Shown: one piece after another, positions 1 to 18,280 of the stretch
Numbering within the stretch: the stretch's first letter is position 1
Layout of the letters: the number at the start of each line of letters is the position of its first letter
From: Microbotryum violaceum
Taxonomy: Eukaryota
Reading direction: 5' to 3'
Length of the DNA stretch: 64,000 nt
NCBI GenBank assembly: GCA_001244265.2
Contig: CDLV01000014.1
Coordinates: 1,240,001 to 1,304,000 of the forward strand
Program-made: the position numbers and the translations under genes
Notes under the pieces: model-generated
Seen by the model: only the letters and a program-made list of their open reading frames with translations
The model's database searches: none
Told to the model about the DNA's origin: nothing

Positions 1-356
1 CGCATACCTTGAGGACGAGTACAAGCACGGTCGTGAATTTGACCATCAACGGTGAGTTGCAGGTCAATCGGGGACGTGCATTCGCAGGTCGAATGAACTG
101 ACGCTGCGCACCCGCTCGTCGCGAGCAATAGTTTTCTGACGGATCAACTCGCCCCGGTCATGCCTCGTCATGGTGGGATTAGGACATCGCAACCCGGGCG
201 TCGCCAAAATTTAAGGCAGACCTCCTGTTTGGAAGCTGTTGGAAACCTGAAAACCCCGATCACGAGATCAGCTTTGCCTCGTTGGAGGTGAGTCGTCTTC
301 ATTCGACGCACTATCCGATTCGACACTGATAAGACATTGATTGCAGTTTAACATAG
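1..356 (+). CDS. possible 3' part of an intron-containing gene (or spliced TE gene), product unknown; putative introns 52-131 and 288-346
   Basis: GTGAGT(52)..CTGAC(98)..TAG(131) and GTGAGT(288)..CTGAT(326)..CAG(346); joining exons in frame 2 reads open (AYLEDEYKHGREFDHQR-FLTDQLAP...PRWS-LT*). No recognisable domain. Confidence 0.4.
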
Positions 357-2864
357 GGTTGTCTCCAAGCCAACAAAGAGGCCACTCAAAATCCAAAGTC
401 TCAAAAGAAGAAGAAGAAGACTGGGGACTAGAGCCCGCAGCAGGTTGGTTGGGAATCGGTGGGTCGTTGACGTTCCTGCACGCGGGCGGGGCCCAAGGAC
501 GTGAGGATCTGCGCTTGCTGGGTTGGGCGTTTGTTCTGGGCTATATATTAATGTTGCTTGTTACAGAGGTATCCAGTTTATGTATGATTGAGGTCAACAA
601 GCCTACAACGCCTTAAAGAATCTTTATGGCTTGTAGACCCAGTCCAGGTGTGCGATGGATGCCATAAGGTTTTCACCTCGCCAGCGTATTTGGGACTTGC
701 CGCTTTTGTAAAGTGACCATACAGATTCTGTTGGGCCGGGATCTACGGGTGCCATAAGGCGCGTCACCTACGGAAACCGTCATGCAGAGCCCATCAGTTT
801 TGCGCGGCGATGTGTAGTAAACAATACCTGCCAGGTATTTTACACCTGCCGTACGGGTGCTCGCCATACGGGGGCAGCACTACTATTTTCTTAGGACCGC
901 CATAACGCGCTCCCAAAAAAGTTCTCACTAAGCTCGACGCCCATCCCCTTGGGATGGGCTTTCGACTCTCCTGACCACTCGCGCAAGTCGTAGCGAAATA
1001 GTGGTTCAAGTTGCAGCAAGACGAAGAACAACATTGCTGTAGGAGTTGTTAAACAAATACCTCAAGCGGTGAAAACCCAGGCTTCTGGGGAAAACCGTAA
1101 GAGATTGATCTAAACGGAAGAGAATCCAAACTTCTTGGTGATACACAGGGATGGTGGGCGGGATGACAATTGGGAGTTTTGCGACCCAAGCTTCTGGATG
1201 TCAGTCGGCTGCAACTGATGATGGAGCAAGTCCACTGATCGTCTCAGCATACCTTTGCGACAAAGGCAAGACACTGTACAAAGACAGTTGGGGCGCGGTT
1301 GGTGCGAAGGACGGCAAAGGGTCTGCTGAGAGATATGCGATTTAGCTCGTTGCCCAACAAGGACCCGGAGCAAAATGCCCCCATAAAGAATTTGCAGGGA
1401 TCCAAGTGCAAAGTACACCGTGCAACAAGCTTGGGTGTATCGAAGCACCTACCCCGAGCTACTCTAAGCGAGCCACGTCGAGGGTTTCATAACGAGCTGC
1501 TAGCAGCTGTGAACGTCCGGCAAGATGGAACTCTCGATCAGCGACCTCGTCAACTGGGAAGTAGTCTTGGGAGTGAGGAACGCACCTGTCCCTACAGTTA
1601 ACGCAGCCACAGAAGTTGGTAATGAACGTCGACAACGCAGTGTAGGCCCAAATGTAGGCCCGCGCCTCCAATTCACTAATACCCATTAGAGCCGTTAGCC
1701 TCCATTTCCTTTTCCTGTCTCTCTTTAGCTTTGCCGTAGAACTCTTCTCTCTTCTCCTCTCCCCATCCATTCATTCTCCCCGAGTTCACACGGATCTACC
1801 TTCGATAATCGCCCAACACCGCTTATCAACCTTTCACTTTCACTTTCCTTTTCTCATCGAATACAATTCAAGGACTTGTACCGTCTTTCTCTTGCCGTTC
1901 GATAGAGAGTACAACCTGGGCTTTCCGCTTTCGACTTCAACACGATCTGGGAAGCCTAAAGCTTTTTTGACGGACAACACCCCACGCTGTCATTCCCCTC
2001 TGTGACTATCAGTCAGTACAGAACCCAATACATACCAAACTCAAAAACGAGTATCGAAGAACAACCAAACTCCAAACGAGTCTTGAAGACAACAACTCCA
2101 AAACGAGTGTAACAGAACCCAAGCTCAGACAAGTCTCGTGGTAGTCACCAATCTCTTCTAAAGGAGTATCGAATACAAGCCGATCTCATAACGAGTTTCG
2201 AAGGATCGTTGCAGCGATCGAGGGATTAGCTACCCCTTGTCTGCGAAGAGGAAAAACCAAGGCCTTGAGACCTCTCCGCGTTGATCACTGGGAGTTATCC
2301 GGATTTCCTTCTTGTTGACTCTTAGAGACTTTCAAGATGTCGACCATGTACCACGAACAGGTACCTACCTACGGGGTCACCCGACGACTCCCCGTCCTCA
2401 AAGGGCCAGCACAGGCAGTGCTGACGAATCCCCATCCAGGCGCGCCGCCCTTCGCTCAGCTCGGCAGACATCCGCCCCAGGAGCCGCGCCAAGATTGCAA
2501 ATGTCGCTTTGGACAGCAAAGTCGACCACAGCGTTTTCCAAGACCCACTTTGCCCGACTCGGACAAACAGATGGACAAAGGCGAGTTTGCCTCCAAGTCC
2601 AGGACGATGTAGCGAACATCGCCGCTGGAAGACTTTCGGCCGCCGCAGAGGCTGCCGTTTGAGAGTTTGAGCAGAGGCCTCAACTCTACGATCACTCACG
2701 TGCTCTCCAGAAGGCAATTGACCTCCTAGTGTCTCTGGAATTAGAGGGCCTAGATCCCAATCTTACCAAGAAAGCAAACAAACAGCTGGTTTGTGCCCAA
2801 ATGGCAACAGGTGCCCCAATTACCCCTGTGCCCAGTCATGAGCCCAAGAGATTTAGCAAGGTGG

Positions 2865-3117
<253 letters not shown>

Positions 3118-3221
3118 TAGAGCCTTCGCCATACCCGATCCACTGCTCATACCTCTGCCGTTAAGCGACTCGGAGAGCATCCACTCGGGAGCCTCCGACC
3201 CCGCCTCCGCCGTTACCGTGA

Positions 3222-3356
<135 letters not shown>

Positions 3357-3359
3357 TGA

Positions 3360-3464
<105 letters not shown>

Positions 3465-3467
3465 TGA

Positions 3468-7818
<4,351 letters not shown>

Positions 7819-8494
7819 GGTGGCAGCGGCCATTCCTCACTCTCGACCTGAACTTGACCTAGCCTGTATGGCAGCTCGCCAGCAGGTTCGCAAAGTGACA
7901 GAAGTTCCTGGTTCCAAGGTACCCCCCAGCGCGCCACCTGGCCTCATGCTCCCTCAGCGAGAGCCGTCCAAGATTCCGAAATTGAGCAACAACTTCAACA
8001 AGGGAAACCCCGTAAGACTTCAGATTCCTGCCCCTGACAAATACAGTGGCAAAGACAGATCTCCTGCCGCCCTCAAGCAATGGCACTTGGCCATCAAGCT
8101 TTACCTCCTTGCGGGAGATGTCGCACCGAGCCGGCATCCACGTTAGTACCCTGACCACCGGAAAAGCCTACGATCACATGTTAGGGGTCATCCTCCTGGA
8201 GATCCGCAAGACATACAACTTTGAGGGAGCTAACACCGCCTTGTCCCCCTGGCCGTTGGAACGTATCATGGTCAAACTTCACCAACATTTTGTAGATGCT
8301 TCCTACGCTCGAGCGGCTGAAGCGGATTTCCGGGCCCTGAAACAGGGGTCGGGCAGAAAGTACATTCCGGTACAAGACTTGCAGCAAAGACTTAAGGAGA
8401 TATGGCGCAATCTGGCCATCCAAGACGAGTCTGCATTGAAGCGTCAGTTTTTCAATGCCCTCACCCTCGACATTGCTACGAGGGTCAGTTGGTG

Positions 8495-11400
8495 TGTTGG
8501 GAATGAGGGCTAGGAATGGCGCGTTCATTGGTAATCTGTTTAGAAGCGTTTGCCTGTTTAGTGAAGCCTGACGATGTGCTCCAACCGTTGTCTTCTCTCC
8601 ACGGTTGGATTACACGCTTGTCAGTCTCTTTATTTGGTAGTGTATGTATTGCTGCAAGGCACAGATCCGCACGCAGAAAAGACGCAGCGCATATCCAAGA
8701 TGGCTACAACCACGGTGGATTCCGGGTCCGCCACTCATCGCGGCCTTATGGGCAACATGTATGGCAATGTCAACGCCACAAATTGGGGAACGGCCAAGGA
8801 TCACCTCCAACGGGTGTTGGAGGGCAATGGCCGGTTCAAGCATGTCACGACCGAACTCAGTGTGGGCCCCAAGCCCAAACAGTCCGAGTTCACCCGTACG
8901 CTGGATAGCTCCACCGTGGCCAACGTAGCCACGTTCTGTACACAACATCGGAACTACCGTCATGACGTCGACGACCTCGATCAAGCCCTGGCGCAGGCCC
9001 GCAACATCTTGTTTGTGTGCCTGGGGGAAGTCACGTTTGCGCGCATCGCCGACCAGCCCACGCACGAGCTGTAGGCAGCCCTCGATAAAGATCTTGGTGC
9101 CGCATCACACAACTTCGCGCGGTCGGCGAAACTTGATGCGCTCTTTCAGTACCAAGCCTACGTCAATGGAGACCCTCTCGACCCTTGCTTGTTGCGCTTC
9201 AACCGGCTGTTCATTGATCTCAACGCCGCGCATGTTTCCTGTGACAAGGCCTACCAGCGCACCAAGATCAACGGGGTCAACTACACGCAAGCTGAGTTTG
9301 ACAAGTGGATTCCGCCGCCTGCGTTGTCGGAAGGCATCCGTATGGACCTCTTGAAGGCGAGGATGCCACGGCCTATTGTCACGGTTATTGACACCCTCGG
9401 CCCTATCCCGTTGCTCAGTGATGTGGATGGGCGTGATTTGTTGCGCGGCGATGTCTTGCTCTTCCGGCACCAACGTTGCCAAAGCCCTCGCGGCAAAGAC
9501 TCAGGGTTGTTGCAGGCGCCCCGCTCGTTCGTCAGGCAAACTGAAGTCCAGTTTTCTCTCGGCTTCAAAGGTACCGGGTCTCGTGGACAAGTGGCCGCAC
9601 GGGGTTGCGCAGAACGGTCGCCTGAGGCTGGGCCCGCAGTGTCGGAAATGCTACGAGCAGGGTCATCTTGGCAACAAATGTACCGTCCCCTTGACCAAAC
9701 TGTCCCGTCATTGGGTTGCCGTCTTAGCCAAGCACAACATCTCCATCGGCGCGGCTGACGTGATGGCACTCGTGGCTGAGTACGGCCCCGACCCATCGGT
9801 TGACGACAAGTCTTACGATAACTATTTTGTCGACGTCGCCCTTGACACCGAAGTCTCTGCGCTGTACTTGCACGACGGTCCCTGCTACCTCCTCGACTCG
9901 GGGGCGACGCGCCACATGACCACTCGTCGGGATCTCTTGATCGACTTCCAGCCTTTCACGACGGAGCAGGTGCGCGTAGTCGGCGCATTCAAGTCCAGCG
10001 CCATGGCTGTTGGCAAGGGCACCCTTCGCTTTGACGCCAATGGGGCGCCTCTCGAGCTCCGCAATGTCCTTCTCGTCCCGGGTCTGTCCGCCGAGCTCGT
10101 CTCTCTTGCCAGTCTCATGAAGGATGGGTACCAGCTGTCTGGGATTTGCGACACCGCGGACGAACACTCTGGTCTCACCGTCTCGGGTCCGGCTTTGAGT
10201 CTCACCTTTGCTCTCGATCGCAACCACTACGTTCTCCAGGCGAGTCCGGGCTCACCTCTTCTGGCAGATCACCAAGCGCTGACAGGCACCTCCTTGCCTA
10301 CAGATGTAGTGCTTTGGCATCAGCATTTGGGTCATCTGTCCTAGGGTCGTTTGGTAGAACTTGCTAAGTCGAGCGACATTTCCCTCGACATCTCTGCTGT
10401 AACCCGGGATCAACTTCGTCTCCTTGATCAGTGCAATGCCTGCTGTTCCGGCAAGGCCATGTCTACCCCCAGTCGTGAAGCTGCCCACCACCCCGCCGAT
10501 GCGCCTTTTGCTCGGGTCTTTGCCGACGTGTGGGGGCCTTCCCCTGTCCCTGCTCTGTCCGGCGTCCGATATCTGTGCGATATCACGGATGAACACTCGC
10601 GTTTCCGCTGGGCTCGCGGCATTCGGCTCAAGAGCGAGGCTTCGTCCATACTCAAGGGCTTCGTTGCAATGTCGAAGATCCAGTATCCTGGCCCGGGAGT
10701 GGCGACCTTGCGCACGGATAGGGGGGGGGGGGGGGGGGGGAGTTCGTCAACAATGCCCTCCGGGATTGGCTTGCTGATCGGGGCATTTTTCACGAGCTAT
10801 CCACTGCATACGAGCACGGTCAGATGGGCATACAGGAGCGGAGTTGGCGTACGATTTTCAACTCTGTTTGGGCGTGGCTTCATCGTTTGGGACTGCCATC
10901 ATCGCTGTGGGAAGAGACTGCGCAGGCAGCCATCTACGTTATCAACCTCCTCCCGTCGTCGCCTCTGCAGCAGCGCACCCCTGATGCCGTTCTTCATGCC
11001 GCTGCGAGTCCCATTACGTCCACCCGTTGTCCCCGCATCGATCATGTCAAAATCTGGGGCTGCGCCGCCCAGGTACCTTTTGCTCCCAAACAACGTTCCA
11101 ACAAGTTGGCTCCGCGTTCGCGCCTGTGCTACTTTGTCGGGTACTCTTTGCGCTCTAAAGCCTGTCGCTTTTACAACCCGGTTGGCAACAAGGTCTTTGA
11201 GTTGTCTCAGGCCAAGTTCTTCGAAGATCGCTTCTTCCCTGCTGCGGCAAACCCTGTACCTACTGTTGTTGTGCCCGCCGTTCTGTCCTATCCGTCCGTC
11301 CCGCGCAGAGTTCCTCCGCCCAACTTTCCCCCTGACGACGACAATACTGTCAATCCTGCGGGCGTCGCACCCGCCGTTGCTGCCCCACCCGCAGCTGGTC

Positions 11401-11693
11401 CGGCCGCCTGCGGCCCCACCTGTCCCACCCTCCCTCGTGTTCTCCAACCCGGGTCCGGCAAACGCCCCTACCGTGGGTGATCGTTCCACTCGTGCTCGTC
11501 GCCCCCTGACTACCTGGGTTTTGCCTGCGCGGCTCACAACTTGGAGTTTGCCACGCACGCCTCCGTCTTGATCGAGGACTTTGGCGAGGACAATCCCGAC
11601 GTTCAGCTGTACTCGTATGAGGAAGCGACTGCCTTTCTTGCCAAAGTCAACAGGAACAACACCCCTTCCATTCGCGCAGCACTTGCTGGTCCA
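8495..11693 (+). mobile_element. Copia I: 3'-truncated Ty1/Copia element (probable 5' LTR ~8495-8700, gag-PR-IN, no RT in view)
   Basis: TGTTGG start interrupts the old gag; CRKCYEQGHLGNKC knuckle, LLDSGATRHM protease, LWHQHLGH and CNAC, RVFADVWGP, LRTDRGG, GIQER integrase motifs; ends at LTR-A. LTR 3' end not resolved. Confidence 0.85.
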
Positions 11694-12456
11694 TGTTGAG
11701 TGGATGCCAAAGAGGTTTCGGACTTGGGATGTAGCGACCGCTGAGGCTACTGGTGGGCGTCGACGTGGCTGTTGTGTGCGATGTCGGCGGTGGGGAGAAG
11801 TCGTGAGGCGGCACAAGCGCGGTCTGACGAGACGGGCGCAGTGCGGCTGAACAATCTGTTCTCTACCAGAGATTAGCAGTCTGGCTCATATTGGGAAGCG
11901 GTAGAGAAGAGGAAGAAAGGCATAAGGAGGCACGGGATGGACACAGTTCTATCAGGCAGGCGCGCAGGTGAATTATAGCAAGCTGGCCAATCACATTGCG
12001 AAGCACATAAGGCCAAACTCTTAGTGGGCCATCGAGGCTGAGAGGTGTTGTGTTGGACAATGAACACGGGGAGAGGACTTATCCACAAGGTCTGGTATTG
12101 TTGGAGGTGGCAATCTGTTACGGTGACTTCCAGGTGTTAGGCAACGTACTTCATGGAGGGGCAATGTTTTGTATTGCCGGTGGTCCATGAGGTCGGAGGC
12201 GGCAACTAGCTGTGGCAAGGTGGAGGCCTTGGCTCGGCAACGTGTGAGAGGCGCGGATATGACTAAGTCCCGGTGTGGAGGGAGCGGCATGCGTGCGTGA
12301 GTTGAACAGGAGGGTGCAGGAGTAATGGAAGGGGACGGCTTGGCAGAGACGAGGGGGCGGCTTATGAAAGGCGCCGGAGGCGAGAAAAGCGCCGAGGCGA
12401 AAAAGGGCGCCCGAGGTTGAAGTGTTCAAAGGCTTGTAGTAGAACGAAATTTGACA
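11694..12456 (-). repeat. LTR-A copy (763 bp, short form), unmatched flanks
   Basis: TG..CA ends; homologous to 21101-21831 in inverted orientation; flanks GTCCA/GGGGT differ, so it joins Copia I to LINE-a. Confidence 0.88.
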
Positions 12457-15400
12457 GGGGTGAAGCGGAGAATCAACTTGAACCAAACTTCCCTCTCCCT
12501 TGCCGTCAGTGCCTTCGAGTTGACCGCCTTCCAGAAGCTCCTGAGGTCGTCCGGCTGCGGTGGTCCCTTGAGCCCGAGCGTGTTGGTAAAGGCCTTTGCG
12601 TTCAGGACCCGGCGGATGCGACAGATGGTGTACGGTCAAGCCATGTTCAGCAGCTTGTACTGGCTTGCCTGTTGTGGAAGCACCGGGTCCGGAAAGCGCT
12701 GCTCCATTGCGAAGCGGGCCACGGGCTTGGGGATAATCGCCTCAAGCGGTGCGCTGGTGCCGATCCGGGGAGGCACGTTGAGCCGTCCCGCCGCCACCGC
12801 CACCGCCAAGGGCGTGTTCTTGTGTCGATCGACAGTGAACCGGTACCAGGCCGCGATTGCCAGTCGCTGCGGGAGCCCGCGTCAATTGTACTTGCTGTTG
12901 TTGCCGAGCACATCCGCAGGCGGTGTCCAAAGGTGAAACCTCCCACCCGCATACAACTCGCGCCGATAGAGATCCGCCACCTTTGGGTAGCCCTGGAGAC
13001 GAAGGTAGTCAGGTATATGAACCGCGTCGATGGTCTGTCTCCCTCTGATGGGGGTGTGGAGGCTGCCGAGCAAGGTGGGAAGCGCGAGCAGGTTTGTGGT
13101 GGTCAAGGTCCTCGGGTTGACCTGCGCGTCTTGCTGTTTCGGAAACCCCAGTGCTGCTCGCCATCGGGGATGGAGGTCGCTGGGGATGGGAGTGGATGGA
13201 TGTGGCCAGAGATCGGTGGCCAGGTCGAGGTCGGGCTGAGCTTGCTGGAGTGCCGCGCACGCAAGTCCTTGCCAGATCGCGCCCGAACCGCCAAGAAGAA
13301 TGTCCCCAATTTGTGCCGCAACCGCGTCCATGACGTCCTGCATCCTGATCACCCCAATCCCCCCCTTGAGCTTGGCTGTGAACACAATATCTCTGCCATA
13401 GCTGGTCCTGCCCTTGCCCCCACAAACGAAATTGACGAGCATGTCATTGAGCTTCTTGACGACTTCGGGTGGCGGGATGTTGGCTGCAAGGAAGTGCAGG
13501 ATCTTGGGGATGGCGTACTGATTGACGTAAAAGGCGCGAGTGTGGTGCGTGAGCCAGCGATGCTGAACCACCTCTAGCGTCGCCTCGAGGCGTTTGATGA
13601 GATTGGCGTAGGCAAGTTCGGCGTTGCCACTCGGGTCGAAGGGGAGGCCGATCCACTCGAGCAACTCGCCTGCGGCCTTGACAACAAGCGGGCGTTCCCC
13701 CGAGTCCCAGCGGCGTCCGATCGGTAGGACGACCGTCTTGTCCGTGTTGAGCCGGCCATTCATTGCATGCCTCCAGTCGAGCGCCAGGTCATTGAGCAAG
13801 TTGAGTGACTCCAAGCCCGCGACGGCAACAACAATGTCATTGGCGAAAGCAAGTGATGTAATGGCGCGGCTCTGTGGATACGGATGAAGTGCAGGTATGG
13901 AGAGATTCAGCGCAATATTTTGACGATGTAGAGCATCCAGGAACGGCTGGAATACGATGTCCCAGACCGACGACGACGCCGGGTCCCCTTGGCCGAGCCC
14001 ACATGTCAGTCGCACCGGCACCGTCAGGAACCCATTGATGATGTAGCGGGTCAAGGTCAAGTCACCCGAGTAGAGTATCCTCAGCACGCAAAGAAAGGTG
14101 GCAGGAGCGCCCAGAGTGTCAAAGATGGCAAAGATCCAGTCATGCTCGACAAGGTCGTAGGTGGACAATTGGTCAAGAGACAAGAGCGCTGCCGCGGGGA
14201 ACTTGGTCCTGCGTGCGCCAAGTTCCTCGATCAGGAGACGAAGGTGTAGTGCAGCGTCAGCCAATTGGCGGCCCTTGACAAATCCGTGCTGTTGTGGCGG
14301 GAGGAGATTGGGTAGAATCTGGTTCAAACGGGCAACATAGACCTTGGTAGAGATCTTGTAACTGCACTCGCGCAGGGTGATTGGCCGGTACAACAAAAGT
14401 TGGGCATGATCAGCATTCTTCTTGTGTCACTTGAAGATGAGGTGCATGAGTCCTTGGCCCTGCTTGGGAGAGAGTGAGTGAGCCTTGCTCTATCATCGCA
14501 TTGTAGGCCTTGGTCAGCACCTTGGCCCACGCCTTGGGTGCGGTCTGGTAGAGTTTGCAGGGCTCGCCCAACGGTCCCAGCAATTGCCCCGGGTGCGTTG
14601 TCCCAATCGCGGCCACAACCTCGTCCTCAGTGATTGGTCGCTGGAGTAAGTCGATCTGCGATTCCGAGAGTCGGCGCAGAAAGAGAGGATCCGAGCGCGG
14701 GTCGTCGCAAGTCCGCGCTGCCCTGATCGGCGTAAGGAATTTGTCCCAAAGTTGGCCAATGTGGTTTGAGTCACGAGGCTTGATGTGGTAGACGGAAATA
14801 CGCCTGCGTGTGGTCAAGAACAACATCAATGTCATGCATTAGCTCTCCGTTGCTCAAGCGCAGTGCTGTGATCTTGGAGTCCGAGTTCCGGACTGCGAGC
14901 TTGGCGTGGACCGGCCGCAACAGTCGTTCCTTGGAGGCAATCTTGGGGACGTGGGCTCGGATCTGGAGTAGGCGCACGCGTTCCTCAACCGCCCACTTGA
15001 GTTCCCCGGACGTCCTTGTCCATTCTGCCGTTTCCGCCTTCCCCCATTCCGGTATTGCCTCCAGATCCTGCATCCTCCCCACCAAATACTCCATCCATTC
15101 CGTCCGCTCCCAATGCAGCCTCCTCGCCATCTCCCCACCCCTATCCCTGCACGCCTTCAGAATGACCTTGAGCTCCTCCACCAGTTCCTCCCCGCTTGCC
15201 CCTTCCAACCATCCTTCCATCATCCGCTGGAATTCCACCGTCTTAAAGGTTGTGGTGTTGATTCGATGTGGTAGGTAGGCAGAGCTGTGGGAGGGTCGCA
15301 TCAGGATCGTCTGAGAGAGCCAGCACAATCAAGACCGGTCGGTGATTGGAAAGCTCCTTGGGATAGTTGTAGATTGTTGAGGCCTGGTCAAGTCTTCTTT

Positions 15401-16040
15401 GGTGTGTTTGTTGCAGGAGAAAGTAGTCAAGCAGGGAGAAGGAGTTGGGTCGCTTGCGATTGGGATTAGGTCGAGTGAAAGATGGGGTGATGGGGTGTTT
15501 GTAGCGGATGCAGTCCGTGTAGGCGGAGTCGAGCTTGCCGATCAGGATTGGCCAGTGATGGCTGCGCCGACTTTGGTTCCGCCGATCGACTTCTGGGCGC
15601 GGGCAGTCGTTGAGATCACCGCCAAGGAGTCGGAGGTGGGATTTCTGTGTTTTGTGAGATAAGAGTTTGTCAAAGAATTTCGCTCGTTGCTTTGGGTCAA
15701 TGGGCGTGTAAACATTGTTGATCTCTAGAATTTTGATGCCGCCCTGCAGACAAAAGGACATGACAAGGAGCTGGCCGTTGAGTGCCGAGTGGGTGCGCAA
15801 GAGCTCGGTGTTGATCAGGGGGGAGTCAGCCGGAATTAGAGTCAGACAATGTTGGTTGATGAAGAGCTTGCCCTCGTACTCGTCCTTGAGGAGTTGCCAG
15901 AGGTGGGGTCTGATGAAGTGCTCTTGTATGAGAATGGCCAATACTTTGAAAAGGGATAGGTAGTTGTAAATGTCACATTGTTTCTCCGGGACCCCCATGC
16001 CCCTCCTCACGTTCCAGGTGATGATGGTGTGCTTAATCAT
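12457..16040 (-). pseudogene. LINE-a ORF2: apurinic-type endonuclease plus reverse transcriptase, disrupted
   Basis: ITWNVR, LIQEH, GGDLND, LDYF, SNHRPV (endonuclease); [30 protein letters not shown] (RT). Confidence 0.92.
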
Positions 16041-18201
16041 TAATGGGTAGTTGAGGTCAAAGCGCTCTTGGTAGTGGTGACGTCCTCAAAGAGGGGGAGG
16101 GCGGGCAGGACATTGTCCTCGGGCTCATGGTCGGACCATCTTTTCTCCTCGGCTACCCCCTTTGCTTTCCCTCGGTCCACTTTCGTCACGCCAACTGGCA
16201 TCGCCGCCACCGCTGACATCGACCTCGTCACCCTCCGCCCCTCTGTTCCATCCTTGACAACAACGCGGCTCTTCCCTTTGATGATCACTCGCTTGGCGTC
16301 GGTCGGTTCGTCACTCGGGTCACTGAGGTCCGCCGCATTCTGTGACCTCTTCATTACCGGCTTCTTGAACTTCGCAGCGGTCCCCCTGATATTGATGGAA
16401 CGTATCTCACCGTCCTCATCCCACGTGGCAAAGTTGTGATGCACCAAAGGGGTTTCAGCGTCGAGCCTCCTCTCGATGCTTTGGTCCCGCTCAAGCCGTG
16501 CCTGCTCAACCCAGTTAGCTCTGATCCTGTCCCACTCCTCCCCCTCGCGTAGCGACTTGGTGAGAGTTTCGGGTGACAAAGGTGGGTTTGGCTCGCGGGG
16601 TGTCGATTCGCGGGAAGCGATCGCGGCAGTTGCTGTTGCGTCACTGTCGTTGTCATTGTCCAGCCTGTTTGTCTCCCCTAAGTCCGTCGCTTCCGCGTTC
16701 TCCGCTTTTGTCACTCCCCCTGCCTTGTCCACATTGTCCACCTCCGTCGCCACCTCCTCTTCCTCCATCTCCGTCGCCACCTTGCCTTCTGTTTCGCCCC
16801 TTCCATCCGCCATCACCTCATCCTCATCAATCACCTCTCCATCAGATCCTCCGCGGTCCTCTAAAACCGACTCGTCCTCGCTCTCAAGTTTGATGACCTC
16901 GGTTTTTGCGGTTGCCTCCGATTCCTCCGAGTCCTGGTCATCTGCCTTATCACCAGCGTCCTCCTCCCCCGATTCCTCTGGCCCCTGTCCGCTCTGGCCA
17001 GTTACCGCTTCCTCCTGTCCCTCCTCAACCTCGAGCCCGGCGAAACAATTCTGTGATGCAATCCTGTTAACAACCGGCACAGGAATGGGTGCCTTGGCCT
17101 CCACAATGTTGGTGTTGGTGTTGCCATTGCCGTTCTGAGTCTCCTTTCACTTGCTCTCCTGATCCAGTCCGCAGGTTCCCACGTGACCAACGAAGTGGCA
17201 CCTACCGCAAGCTGCCTCCTTCTCCTAGTCATGGCGAAGGGTGGTGACCGGGATGCCTCAAGTGGGAAGGCCGATTCTCAAAGGTAGGATCTCTTTCAAG
17301 GTTGTGTTAGGGCGTTTGAACAGGGAGTTGTCATCAAAGTGTAGGAAAGCTGAGTAGTCTCCGGCAATGTGGGCAAAGGCCGAGGCATTGTCCACGCTGA
17401 TAATGCGCAGAACCTGCGCAAGTTGGCACAAATGTCCCTTGCCTGACAAGTCCTGCACTAGTGATTGGAACGATTTGATGATGGCGTCCATGGAAGGCAC
17501 TCCTTGAACACCGACATTGATTTGAAGCTCAACCATGTTATGGTGGAACCTGTGAAGTTTCGCAAAGCGGGCCTTTGCCGATTGCCAAGTGAGAGCAGGG
17601 GGCATCGTAAGCGCAGCATCACGTGCCTCGCCGGTGACAAACCCAACCGTAACGCAATGGTGAGCTGCCCCATTACGCAGGATTGATGAATGTTGTACAC
17701 CTAGGATCTGTGGTGGATAGGCTGCAAGGTGGTCCGGGAGAGGAACTCCAGGCTCAAAGCAGATAGGAGAGATCAGCAATAACAGCCTCGTGACACAGGC
17801 CACGAGATCGGTCTTGTTGGCATGAGACGCTCGCGAGGCGCCCTGGTGAGACAGAGTCACTTCAAGGGCGTAACCAAAGATGTTCTCAACAGACCGGTTT
17901 GCGCTCAAGGCCAAGAATTTCAGCGATGTGGCGGTGGCGACGAGGTAGAGTTTGGCAAAGTAGATGGCCTGGACCCAATGATCCATTTGGTTTCCGGGTA
18001 CAGCACCCATGGCTTGTAGGAGGCTGCCCAGAGCCTTGGAACGCTGTTGTTGTTATTGCTGTTGTTCAGGTGACTGAGTTGCCATCTGACTCGCAGCGGC
18101 GGTGGGGGGGGGCGTGGCTTGCGTCTTCTTCGAGCTTATTGGGATCTGGTTGCGGGGTGGCTGAACGCCGGTGGTGGGGACTCAGGGTCTCCTGTAGACA
18201 T
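16040..18201 (-). pseudogene. LINE-a ORF1 (nucleic-acid-binding-like, long acidic linker), disrupted
   Basis: Homologous to LINE-c ORF1; CGRCHFVGHVGTC knuckle-like motif near 17170-17210; stop overlaps the ORF2 ATG (TAATG). Confidence 0.8.
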
Positions 18202-18280
18202 CTTGTCGGTGTATCACTTGTTAACTCGAATATCAAAGACTGCGGTAGGGAGCGAAGATACTCGAAAACGAGGCAAGAGC

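Larger units (their letters stand above)
12457..18280 (-). mobile_element. LINE-a: L1/Tx1-like non-LTR retrotransposon, 3' end lost at LTR-A
   Basis: Collinear with LINE-c; shared AACAAGTGATACAC just before ORF1; 5' end approximate. Confidence 0.9.

Noticed and set aside
341..1770. Short ORFs in the first 1.8 kb as genes
   Set aside because: No recognisable domains, overlapping on both strands, and no consistent exon structure.
10721..10740. Long G runs (also 7505-7519, 54493-54509 and C run 45413-45423) as programmed frameshift or G-quadruplex signals
   Set aside because: They sit on Gly codons or PPTs and vary in length; with many 1-bp indels between near-identical copies, slippage or long-read error is more likely. 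Some listed frameshifts may be artefacts.
12417..13577. Long antisense ORFs (also 16476-17138, 31371-32078, 61016-62101) as extra genes
   Set aside because: Shadow frames opposite GC-rich retroelement ORFs with no independent motifs.
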